Source: Lytechinus pictus (lineage: Eukaryota). Taken from it: a stretch of DNA of 64,000 nucleotides. The first letter of the stretch is position 1. The number at the start of each line of letters is the position of its first letter. Positions 1 to 12,600 of this stretch are shown piece by piece. The notes under the pieces were generated by a model, which was given only the letters and a program-made list of their open reading frames with translations, did not search any database and was not told the origin of the DNA. The stretch spans positions 41,292,001-41,356,000 of the forward strand of contig NC_087251.1 in assembly GCF_037042905.1 (NCBI RefSeq), given 5' to 3'. Made by a program: the position numbers and the translations under genes.

Positions 1-2335
1 ATAGAACCGCCCTGGGAAGCTTTATGTTTGAACACCTAAAGAGGGGTGAAGAAGATATCATAATAGCAAATAATAACAAAATACATAAATCAAAATGCTG
101 ATATTTACATAAAAAAAAATCTTCATGGTTTCATATTTTCTGATGACTTACATAACGAATACCGATATTATCTCCCTCGTATATAACAAAATAAATTACA
201 ATGATTATCCTGCACTTTATATTAGTATAGTGATTACTTTTAGATTCTTGAAAAAAAACATATTTCAAAAGAAAACAAAAGAGGGGAGTTTGACTCGCCC
301 TTTGTACTCATGATGACCGCAGAGACCTGTTTTACCGAAAGAAATCTAAATATTTCAATGATAAAATTAACAATATAGACATGACACTTTAAAATGGTAT
401 ATAACATATATATATACTCGCTTACTACGCTCCCTCGCGGAAAAATAAAGTTTAAATGTATACCTTAATTATCAATCAGAAATCACTTCAAAAAGGCTTT
501 GCTCAACCTAATTACTTCAAAACACACAACTACTTCACGCAGATGATAATCTCATGCATGGTGAAAATACCCGTTTGCACCAATTGCCTATTTTGACATG
601 TAAGTGATCTTTTTGGCTTTGCCCCCCAAAGGAAAATACGTTCCGCCGCCCCTGATTGGCAAAGTCTTATATAATGACATGAAAGATTTTACAAATTATT
701 TTTCAAGTCTTCTGCTCATCTTATTTTATTCACTCGTCTTCCTCCTAGCTCTTATGTTTCCCCTTCTTTTTTCTCCTCTCTTTTCCCTTCTTTTTTCTCT
801 TTCTTTCTTCCTTTTTTTTGCTCCGCCACTAGGGGGGGGGGGGGGGGGGGGCGAGGGCTCCCTGGATTCATATGGTAGTACAGTAGGCCCTACAATCTCA
901 CAAAGCGAGCGAGCAGAGCAATAGCTGATAAGTTTTGTCAATCAGAATGTGAAAAGGGAAACTTTTGAAAATTTTATACACTATATATGGACATGTAGAA
1001 GAAAAGTACTTAACAAATCGAACGTAGTCTACAACTGTAGACCCACATCTGCAGTGTGTGTATCACAGCTGATTCAAGGAGTCTGCTGGAGCTGCAGATG
1101 TGGCTCGCTTCGCTCGCCCTTTCAGGCTGGTTTGCTTTGCAAACCAGCTGCAGATCCCACTTCACGAGCCATTCAGAGTCTGCATAGCAGACTAAATCGA
1201 ACGCGCATGCAGTGCGAGCTGAAAATTATTGACATTCAGCCCTTATTTCAGCACTATTAATTTGTGAATCAAACAAAATAATGAAAGCTTGTGTACGGAG
1301 CTTTATTGACTTCAAAACTGGTTTAAGCTAATTAAGCATGGCCCTCGGATGCTGGGATGTGTGTGAAACCACCCCAAGACTTTCCTTGGTTGTGCTGCTT
1401 GTATTATTTTAGATATTATATAGGCAGCACCAATTCTGGAACATGTGTAAAAATTGAAAATCTAACGAAAATAACTCAAATTTACGTATCATTTTCCAAA
1501 TCTTCCCCTCCATATCTTATTCACTGGTCCTTATCCTCTCATTTTCCTCTCCCCTCCTTCTTTTTCCCCATTTCCCCCCTTTTTTTTCACTAAGGGGGCG
1601 GGGGTTGGGCTGCAGGGTAGCGCTTTGCCCTCTCCTGGATCCGCCTATATGAATCTCGATGTTTACGCTCTACATGTAAATTCTTTGTTCTTTATATTAT
1701 CTTGATGCTAGCTGTTTATAATTGTTGCCATGTTTGTCGAACTTGATTTCACTGAAAGAAACGCAAAAAAAAGCCTTTTAAAAAGTTATATTGACTTACT
1801 ACTTTCGGCATTTTTGTGGTGGGTGGGACCAAAGAGGATGTGGGGCGTGGCCCCAGGCGTGGGAATACTATATAGTCTGGTTTCCAGCTGAAAAACAAAT
1901 ATTAATTTGATAAACGTGAGGCTCATATGAAGAATACATAGGAAATTTGGAATATGAGAATTCTATACAGACCTATTAATATCCATATGTCAATTGAATT
2001 AGGTGTTATCAAATAATTAGATTCAGGAATACATCTTTATTTTTATCAATATGAAATAGCTTTTGGTTGAGGCCGAGGCAGCTGGTCGACCCACGTGGCC
2101 GTGGGAATAACGAGATTGATTATGTGATCGTGAAGTTGTAACTCAGAGTCAGAGTTAGTCCACTTAAAATTTATGGATATTTGAACATCTACCGCGACTA
2201 AAGATAATTGATATTATCGGAATATGGATATATTTGCCGATATATTTATAATTAAGTGTATAAAAGGTGCAGATACATTTTAATTGATATTTAATTCCAG
2301 ATCGCGATCGCGCAGAGCTGAGGTCATTCCCATCC

Positions 2336-2473
2336 TAGACAGGAATAACCGTCGTTTCTGGGGATTTATTCAACAATTTCTGACATTTTACTGTAATCCC
2401 CATATGTATGGTGAGTGGAGCCAACGTAGTTCAGCGGAACAACCAAAATACAGAGACTGAAGCTTTTGGTCTA
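2336..2473. mobile_element. 138-bp TAGAC..GTCTA non-autonomous DNA transposon with 9-bp TSD (AcademH- or Mutator-like)
   Basis: TTCCCATCC at 2327-2335 and 2474-2482; homologous to the inverted copy at 4118-5873. Confidence 0.75.
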
Positions 2474-2943
2474 TTCCCATCCAAGCTCAGCCGAGTACAG
2501 GACAAATAGCGAAGAAGGCTGTACGGGTACGAGGCCGGTACGTACGGGAGGGAGCTGGGCCGGGCCTGGGACACTCACACATGCATGCGAGGCCCAGGTT
2601 ACGTACTCACTTGATCCTACTAATGATCTGAAGAGATGGACATTCATTGAATAGGTGAGAGATTCACTAACAGGTGGAGCTAATGTAAATGCAGTTTCGA
2701 ACGAGACTTAAGTCATGTATTTAAGTCTACTCTAGTGACTAGTCTAAGGACTAAGTAAGAGTAAGAGTCTAACCTCGCATGTTGTGTGAGTGAGTTCTAA
2801 CTTACGTTAGACGTCTAGAAGTAGAAGAAAGTAGAATAAGACTAGATCTAAATGATAAATCTTAGACCAAAAGCCATGTACACTGGATACTGACACTGTC
2901 ACACATATATTATACTTGTGGTCTGTTGTGGAAGAAGATTGAG

Positions 2944-3456
2944 CCCCGGGGGGGGGGGGCACTCGACCAAAAAAGTAGTAGGTGTGTGCCGCGGGCGAGA
3001 CAAAAAACGGGGGCCTTGGAGTGGGCTTATTGTAAAAAAGAGGGTCCTCGGAACGGCTTCGGAACTACAAATGTTTGTGAAAACGGGGGTCCTTGGAACG
3101 GGTCGCCTGCGTTGGAGTGCGTATGTATCCCTATGGAACGTGCATGCAGCTAGCCCGGCGGCACGACTGCGGGGCGCGCTAGCGCAGAGGCGATGGTCGG
3201 ACAGTGCTCTGCGGCCGCTTTTCACCAAAATTGCGACCGGAACGACGTAACAGAAAATATGCAAAGCTTGGAGCGGATTTCTTTCTTCTTTTTTCTCGCT
3301 AAGAAGAAAATGCTATGCTTTGGAGTGGCTTTCTTTGATCTTTTTCTCAATAAGACAAAAATGCTATGCCTTGGAACGGAAATTTGAGTGTAAAAATGGG
3401 GGTCCCCTCCGCGGCACATACCCACTATGCATTATACACTGAGTGCCCCCCAGGGG
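2944..3456. mobile_element. Unclassified GC-rich MITE, CCCCGGGG(n)CACTC..GAGTGCCCCCCAGGGG
   Basis: Terminal inverted repeats; ATTGAG direct repeat at 2938-2943 and 3457-3462. Confidence 0.65.
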
Positions 3457-4117
3457 ATTGAGCTTGGACGAAAGCTAGACCTGGAAACTTGGCTGCAGCT
3501 TTCTGCATTTTTCCAGTACATCCGGTATTAAATAAGGTAATAAAAGCTTCGGTCTTTGTTTTTTATTGGTTCTGCTTAACTCCGTTGGCGCTCCACTCAC
3601 AAATAGTACAGAGACCGAAGTTCTAACTCGATCTGTAGTACTACAGGGACTCAGCTCAATTAAATGGCCATGTCCAAGTTTGGATATTAAAGCCAGGGCC
3701 GGGAAGTGGCAGTTGCGCGACAGCCGAAATATAAAGTCAATGGTGTTTTTCCTTTTAATTCAAATTTATATTTTCCAGTTTTGGTCCATTTCAGGCCAAA
3801 ATGGAATAATAATCTTTATTTTGGTCCATTTCTTTTAAATGTTTTTATGAAATAAAGACAAAAATCGATGAGCCCCGATAGGGGGAGTTTGCATAATTGT
3901 TAACCCCCTAATGGCGGCTGCACGATTGCGAGCCGTCTGTGTATGAGGAGAATTTTTTTTTTTCTTCAAATGTTAAAAAACTCTTTGAAACAGACGGCTG
4001 CCAGCTGTCTAAGTCTATCTATACTATACTCTATAGCATTAGCAGTTCCTGATCACGATATTTGGGAAAGCGGTGGGCTTATTGTTTATTGTACTCGAAA
4101 TGTGACTAAGACTTGCC

Positions 4118-5873
4118 TAGACCAAAAGCTTCAGTCTCTGTATTTTGGTAGTAGGGGAGATCGGGTTAGTTGGAACATTTTTGACAAGAATGGCTGTAAA
4201 ATCCAATTAGATTTTATTTGAGAAACAATATATCTAAGGGCTTCAAATGTACCCCATAAAATTTGTAACTCTATGATGGTTACTGAAAAAATCCACCTTG
4301 AACAAGACCATCGCAAGCGTTCCAACTTACCCCATATATGGGGTAAGTTAGAACATGGTATGGGGTAAGTTGGAACACTGCCTGGTCAATTAAGAATTAT
4401 ACTAAAACTACTTACAACCGTAATATTTGCTTTATTTTTTTCAAGTTCAAAATATTAAAAGTGGATTTGCTGAACTTTATGTTTTTTATTATACAGCCAC
4501 TAATGCAAGCCGACTGTGTAGTAGAATTCCGCTTATAAATGTGTGATGCAATTAAGTGTACTATCAGCAATTTCATGTACTTCTGCATCAAATTTACATG
4601 ACAAAAATTATTGTTTATATTTTTAATTAATCAATTATGCAAATTTATAAGCATATGAAATTTGCCCTAATTTTTTGGGGGTATGTTTTTGCCTTTAACT
4701 CTATTTATTAAGCTAGTAGAATGCCACCCAAGGGTTCATTACATGCCGCCACGCACAGAAAAATCAAGCCATAGAAGTCGTGTGTTGTGGACCCAAGAAG
4801 TGAGATCCCAGCACGCGCGACCCACTAGTTAGAAATCCACTGCCAAACGCGGTTCGTGGTGCGAGGTTAGTATGACTAATACTAACCTCGCAATACGTGT
4901 GAGTGGTAGAATGCTAATTTTTTGGTGAGAGTATCAATTTTTACCTTTATATCAAATATCCACAAAAAATTGAAAAAAATATAATTTCTTATGTATTATT
5001 TGTTTTTAAATTTGTATTTCTTTATTTTTTCTAAACCTTTGTTTTTATTGTTTTTCCGATGAACTTTGTCGGGGACTCTTGCGATCATAAATAGCATAAA
5101 ATAAATACATTTGAACCAACAAAAGTAAAAATAATCATTTATGATTTTTGGTTGAAAAACACAATTTGCATTGACCTTGTACATGTACATGGAATCACGT
5201 TTTTGAGCAATTTTGGGTCCGACATGCACGTAGAAAATGTTGCGTAATTTCGAAAGCGCGCACCCAGGCATCGCAAATTTGGTCTCAAAAGATGCGCAAG
5301 ACTTGAAAGTAAAAAGTCAGTGAGCGGTGCGGTCAAAACATTATGTGCAACGGCGTAGTGACGAAATTCGTCAAGGGGGGGGGGGCTCAAATTGATATCC
5401 AATGTTTTTATTCATAATTATGTTTGGGGTAAGTTGGAACATGTTCCAACTAGCCCCTTCAATTTTGTTCCAACTAACCCCAGAGGCCCATTTGACATTT
5501 ATAAGCTTACAGCACAAAAAAAGGGACTTTACCATGGCATACTAATAACCTTATTTTGTAGTTTGGTACAAGTGTCCATTATACTCCCGAACAGGCCAAC
5601 TTGATCTATAAACTTCTCTGAGATACGGTAATAAAAAAATTCTGAAAGAGAAAAAAATTACTCAGAAGGTGGAAAAACAAAAATTCCTTTCTAACTTCAC
5701 CAGGCTTGTTGCACTTGTGTTGTCTGTAATATGGTGGATGGCTGTTGATAATGGCAATAAATTGAGGGTAGTATTGCATAAAGAAAATTACAATGTTCCA
5801 ACTAACCCCGATCTCCCCTAAAATGTCAGAAATTGTTAAATAAATCCCCAGAAACGATGATTATTCCTGTCTA
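4118..5873. mobile_element. Second, inverted copy of the TAGAC..GTCTA element, 9-bp TSD, split by a TA-flanked element
   Basis: AGACTTGCC at 4109-4117 and 5874-5882; 4118-4149 and 5819-5873 are reverse complements of the two ends of 2336-2473. Confidence 0.75.
4154..5818. mobile_element. Non-autonomous TA-TSD DNA transposon (Tc1/mariner/pogo-like)
   Basis: TIR GGGGAGATCGGGTTAGTTGGAACA / TGTTCCAACTAACCCCGATCTCCCC flanked by TA; repeated subterminal GGGGTAAGTTGGAACA motifs. Confidence 0.75.
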
Positions 5874-6313
5874 AGACTTGCCATGACATTTGCGAACAAG
5901 TTCTGGTGGGGAGTTTGCTCACATTCGGCGGGTGTTAAACTGAATTAGCGCCTCATCTGAATAACATTCTTTTCACATTAGTCTAGGCCAAGCCTACCCT
6001 ACTTTGACTCAATGAATGATAGTCGCCGCGCCGTGAATCAAAGCAGTTTAAGTAATGTTAGTGATTAACGTATCTAACATTCGACATTGATATTTCAAAA
6101 ATTGTAGGGCCCATGTGCAGAATATAATATAAATCACTCAAATTCTGGGAAATAGATGTGTAGTCCTGGTTAAAATTTTGTTATCTTTTTTTTGTTTAGA
6201 TTAATAGTAGCCTACCACATGTTTTATATTTATTACTTTTTTTTACAGAACTTTAATCTCATGAAGCTTTTTCATCTTTGATGTACATTCTATGGGAATA
6301 AGTGCATATCAGG

Positions 6314-6678
6314 ATGTCATCCAAAATACTTCACCTTTTAGAGAGCTGTGGGGGTGATGCCCAAGTGGGTGTGATCCTGAGGAAAGCGGTTGCTCACGCC
6401 CATGCAGCTTTGGCTTCAGAGAACACGGCAGAGGCAGCAGAATTCATTGCCTTTTGCTCAGAGAATCTAAAGAACAATCCCCTGCTCCTGCACACGGAGG
6501 AAGTGGAAGACATTGTAACAAATCTTTGCTTTCCTGTCATAGCAAAGGAAGGGAGGGAAGCCCTCCAGAAAGTTTATGAATTTCTTGCCTTCACTCTGGC
6601 ATCGTCGTTCAGGAAACCTCACCCTAAACCTTGCGAGATCGTAATGAAAGCATGTAAACAGAGCCTCTTCACGTATAG
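6314..6678 (+). CDS. TARBP1: TARBP1 coding exon 1 (MSSKILHLL...SLFTY)
   Basis: ATG at 6314 after an in-frame stop at 6299-6301; donor AG|GTATGT, phase 2. Confidence 0.8.
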
Positions 6679-9600
6679 GTATGTACTACATGTACTATTA
6701 CTATTTATTCGGATTAACAATATTACTGCTGTGTTATGTGGATACATCGGATTCCCGAACTACATGTATGTGGTGTGTAATGTGGCACGGAGGCATACCA
6801 AAAAGAGGAGGGGAATGTTATATCTACAGTATATATCACATGGATCTTTAGTAGTTTAGATAGGTGGAACAATATTGAATTTGATTAGAATGATGGTGAC
6901 TTTGCCACTAATTGAAACTCATAGAAACTTTAATTTTGCTTTAGTTTCATCTAGGCTGTTGGTCAATGGTAATGTAACATGCATTGATAGTGTTCAAATT
7001 TGTATGCATTTGAACCCAAATTTTTGTTTTTTACGTGTATATATTTGTTTTTTTGCAAGGAAATTTGTATTACATTTGATCAGTAAAAAGATAAATAAAA
7101 ACTAATATTTTGTTCAGTGGATAAAATGAGATCCGCCTACTTTCTTTTGTTTTGTAGAGTGGTCCCTATTCATAGAAATCGTGTCAATGAAATTAACTAG
7201 CGGAATAAGTAAATCAAGAAAAGGATGAATATTTAAGATAGAAATAATGTTAGATAATATCTATAAATGAAATTACATCTGAAATATTTTTTACAGAGAA
7301 TGAAATTAAGAGATATATCTTATGCTTTTGTTTCAAATTCAAATGGTGAATGATTTTCAATAGGAAAGAAATAGAATTAAATTGGTGATCTTCAGTATGT
7401 CACCCGTGGAAAACGGTATATTTGTGGGGACGGTCAGGTACCTTTACCCTAACTATACAGAAAGGAGTGTAATTACATTGTAACTATCTTTGGCAGAGAT
7501 GAAGTAAACAACAGGGACCATGCCTGTAATGAGTTTGATGATGAAGAAGAAGAAAAGAAATGTGAGCTTGGTATATCATCTTCCATCGCTATTCTAAGCA
7601 TCTACACGAAGGCACTCGTCCAATCTCCTGAAAAGCATGAGCAGAGAACTGATACTGAAGACCCATGGTGGAGTGAACTCGTGGAGACAGTGTGGGACAT
7701 TCTGGAAGCGGGTGAAGCCCTCGTCTGTGTGCAGCTAGCGCAAATCCTGGTCCTTGGTGAGAAGGAATTACCCCTTGGTGGAAGAGCCAGGAGCGAGGTA
7801 CTTCAAGTGATTTGGGAACGACTTGTCGCAATGAATGAAAAGAGTGTCAAGTATTCAGAAGCGGTGAATGAGAACATTTACCTCATCCTCTGTGCTCTGT
7901 CGGATGCATTCTTCCCAAATGCTTCTTCCGAGGAAGCGAGGACTGCAACTGACAAAGCGAATGATACAGGACTTGACGATGGTTCCCAAGGCTTGGATCT
8001 CTTACAATTGGAGTTGTTTTGGCAACTCGTTCAACAGGGGCTTATCCACACCAATCCCCTGACACGGAAACGTTGTAGTTATCTGATGAAGAGGGCGGTA
8101 GATGTGGCCGCAACTTCAGGTCGATGTCTAGGTCAAGGGTCACATGAGGTTACCAAGCAACCATTATTCTCATGGGATCCAGCCCAGAAAGAGAAACTGC
8201 TACGTCTCTGGTTTGAATTCTTTCTCATCTATGAGACTCTTGATCAAGTACAGGTGAGTTGTTCCCCTATTTTAGTTTTAGTTGAAGAAATTGGCATTGG
8301 TTTGGATTCATCGCTGCATTCTAGCTCGTCTCAAAGCCTACCTTACCATGCCGAGTTGATCTTTAAGGGATTTAGGTATTCTATATTGCAAACTCAGGAC
8401 CCAGTCTTACAAAGAGTTACGATTGATCCGATCAACACCAACTACATGTATATGAAAATCCATCAATGTCATAATTTTTTCTACAGGAAATTTGCACAAT
8501 GTACCTTGTGAACAAAGAGAAGCACACTGAATTGTCAAGAAAATGATGAATGTATGAATATACATCATGTCGAGAAAATATTTTATAATTCTTAATTTAT
8601 AAACATGCATTTTAGATGTTGACGTCTCTTGCTTTCCATAGTTGTGGTTGATCGGATCAATCGCAACTCTTTGTAAGACGGGGCCCTGGAGTCAAGATGT
8701 ACATTGTGTGTTGTATGCCTGGAAAACTTTATCCTATAATACCTTTCTGGCCTGATGCAGTATGGTATAATGCTGTAAAAATAAAGCTAACAAACTCCAC
8801 TTGAAATTTTAAACTCAGAAGGCTCATCAGTTAATGAAAATTTTAGGACTTTCTAACCATATTATACATTCATATTTTTCAACCAATATCACTCAACTTT
8901 TCACACATGCAGTAGCCGTATTGTTGTAGATACTACAGTAGTTAAACAAAATGTTGGATTGTAATTTGGAAATTTGTAATATTTTGGTATATATACCATA
9001 TCTTTGTCTATCTCTCACATGTGATATTGTAATTTTTGTTTTATTTTTCATCAATTACTTTCTTGATTTGTTTAGTCTTTTCACCTTGATTTCCCTTCTT
9101 ATCTTTTGTACAGTATTCTTGATTTGCCACATTAAAGAGTCACATTTTACAATGATTTTGTTTTTGTTTGTTATTAGATCCATGTAGTAACCCCAGCAAT
9201 GCCTCGTCTTGCTCAGCTGAAAAAATCCACTTATCTATCAGATGAAAACTTAGGTTTGTATTTTAGTTCTGCATATATGTCAGGCTCTAAATTTCAACAT
9301 TTTAAAGCAAGGCCACTTTTCTGTAGGGCTATTTTTATTATAGCACAAATGGCAGGAAATGAAAGGGGCACTAAAATCTCCCAAGGCCAATAAGAGGGTC
9401 ATTTAGGGGAGTCAACAGGCCATTCAAAGCCGTGGTCTTTAATGACCTTGGATCAATGAATAAAAGGAATTGATCAGTATGTTATAAAAAAATCATTCTA
9501 AAAGCTTATTTTATGATATTTCTGGATGTTCAGTAGTTTGAATTGGGTGTATGTTTTAATTTTTTTTTGTATTAGGTATGCCTGTGCTACATTCCAGTTG

Positions 9601-12600
9601 GCTGTGTATACTGTATCAACGATGTTTTGTCCATGAGAGTAAGACTGTGACAAGACTTGGAGTAACTCAGTTTCTAAATCTTGACCTAAACAAAAGTTCA
9701 TTTCTTCACCAGAATGGGCTTAAGGTGAGTTGTGTAAATTTTTGGTAGTATTTGACTCGTAATTATTATTATTATTATTTATCATTATTATTTTTTTTGG
9801 GGCGTCACCTGTGCCTAGGAGGCGAAAAGCAAACTGAATCACTGTGACCCGCAGGTCTCTCCTCCTGATATAACTGATTGGGGGGAGTGCAGGTGGACCA
9901 CTACACCGGGGTTTTCCCCTACTCTTATAGAATAGTGGAGTGGGTTCTTAACGTGCAAAGGTAGTGACTCTCCTCTACGCGGGGCCTCCAATTAACGTCC
10001 TATCCGAGGGATGGAGTGTTTTCCACTGTAACATAGCCTGCATCTATGAAATATGGAAAGGACATTTACACACAACGCACTGGCTTCAGTCATCCACCCG
10101 GGGTGGATTCGAACCCACGATCTTTGGTTCAACGGGCAGACGCGTTACCGACTTAGCCAACTTCGCTCTCTAAACCATAATAATAATAACAACTGTAATA
10201 TACCAAATCCACTTTCCAGGGTGCTCTAGAAGGAAGAAAAAGATACAGTAAGAAAATAAAAGACAAGACTTGAAGATAAAAAAGAAGGCATTGAAAATTC
10301 AACTTCTTCAGGTGACATACATCATGTATAAATGGAAAAATGCAGTCTGCTATAACCAAAGAGACGATCATTCCAGAGAGATAGGCTAGCATCCATTTAG
10401 AATTCATTTGGCTCTTTAAGAACAAATACTTGTCTTCTTGGAAGTATAAGTGGAATTGTTATTGCCTTGGTTGCTAGGTGGCTAATACTGTTATTTCCTA
10501 TATATGGTTTAAATTCACAATTGACTTCATGACATTTTATTCATCAAATATTTTTCTTATTTCAATGACAATAGTTTTGTTATGGTTTTTATCATTAAAT
10601 TGAGGGCACTAGGATCAATCAGCTATTGATGTTCTTTTATTTGTAGTTCATCCGTGGCCCGTTATTGACTTCGCTCCATGAGGAATATCTTTATAGCAAG
10701 CCACAAGAGGACCCACCTGGAACACACCCACCCATTGGTCTAGCTTTGAACAAGTTCATGGTGAACTGTACCTCTCAGCTCTCTGATGATAACAAGAGAT
10801 GTAAGTCAACAAAAATGAAAATTTTGATTGTTTTGATAAAAAAATTGATGATGATTATGATGGTGGTGATATTAAAGTGCTAGTATCAACAGGCCTTGAG
10901 TGGTATTCTGAAAATTGTCTCATCTTTTCTCAAACAGCTCAGTAATATCAAATTAGTATGCAGCAAATGTATGCAAATTAGATTGCAGTGGGATAGAAAT
11001 AGTTTTTAATTGGGGAATTAGTTGACAACTTGCTCACCATGAAAGTTTGTTCTAAGCTACGGTAACCCAGGTTTAACTAAACCATGTCTATCAGAATACC
11101 AGCCATAGAGGCTTCAAATTAGCTGCGTTGGTGACATTGTTGTAGTGTAAGGTAAGAACTACTCCCTTCCATTTGCTCCAGTGTACTAAATGGCTATTAA
11201 TGTTTTTTTTTTTCTTCAAAAGTTTTACTTCAAATATTGTTTCTTTCATAGGCACATAAAACAAATGCAACCTTGGCAGGTGTCCGGAGCCCTAAACAAT
11301 TTTTTAAATGATTTTTGTCTCACCTGCATAGCAAAGTGAGACTATAGGCGCCCCTTTTCTGACGGCGGCGGCGTCAACATCAAATCTTAACCTTAGGTAA
11401 AGTTTTTTAAATGACAGCATAACTTGGACAGTATATGGACCTAGTTCATGAAACTTGGACATAAGGGTAATCAAGTATTACTGAACATATTGCCCTGGTT
11501 TCAGGTCACATGACTAAGGTCAAAGTTCATTTAGGGTCAATGAACTTAGACCATGTTAGGGGAATCAATATCGAAATCTTAACATGTAAGGTTAAGTTTT
11601 TGAAATGTCATCATAACTTTGAAAGTATATGGACCTAGTTCATGAAACTTACACATAAGGGTAATGAAGTATTACTGAACATCGTGCTTAAGTTTCAGGT
11701 CACATGACTTGGGTCAAAGGTCATAGGGTCAATGAACTTTGGGCATGTTAGGGGAATCTTTTGAATTTACATCGTAACTTTAAATTTTTATGGAACTAGT
11801 TCATTAACCTTGGACATAAGAGTAATCAAGTATAACTGAACATTCTGAGCAAGTTTCAAGTCACATGACCAAGGTTGAAGGTCATTTAGGGTCTATGAAC
11901 TTTGGTCATGTTGGGGGTATTTGTTGAATTGGCATAACTTCAGGCCTGAAATTTTGTCATTTTTAGGGCAAGGCCAGTTTGGCCTTGAATACCTCATATT
12001 TTTTAGGGCACCAAGGCCAAAATCTTTTTCCAAGAAGGGCATCAAAGGCCATTTTTTTTGGTATCCTGTTTTTTTAGATGTCAAATGTATTTAAACTTGA
12101 ACAGGGTGCTACTTTACCTTTTTTTTAATTTCTAAATAGTTGGACAATACTTGCCCGAATATATATTTCACTTGCCCCCCAAAAAATATTTCAAAACAAG
12201 ATTTTACCGTTTAAAGGAAAGAATTGCTGTTCTATGGACATGTACCATTGCCTTTTTCCTTTTTTTAACATGAACTGATGTACCTTGTAATTAGTGTGTT
12301 GATATGCGATTTGAATGATTTCCTCTCTCATATATTTTCATGTACTTTTGTGACCGTTGCACAAAATAAAAAAGGGAATCACTGAAAATAATTATTAAAG
12401 AAGAAAAGAAACAAATGGAGAAAAGAGAGAAAAATATAAAGAAAGGAAAAAAAAAGAAAGAAAAGGAAAGGAAGGGAGGGTGAACAAATGGGTGAAATAA
12501 AGAATGAAGGAGAGAAAGAAAAGAGATGAATGGAGAAGAAAGAAAGAAAAAATGTAGGGGAAAAATGAAGGAAAAAAAGAAAAACAGTGAAAAGAAAGAA

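Noticed and set aside
2899-3425. Overlapping 64-121-aa ORFs
   Set aside because: They lie within a GC-rich MITE and show no protein motifs
2336-5873. One 3.5-kb element with about 55-bp TIRs
   Set aside because: The outer flanks share no TSD, whereas each half has its own 9-bp TSD, so these are two independent inverted copies
10095-10170. Possible tRNA genes here and at 42615, 59470 and 60670
   Set aside because: A and B boxes are present, but there is no clean acceptor stem and they continue into SINE bodies with simple-repeat tails
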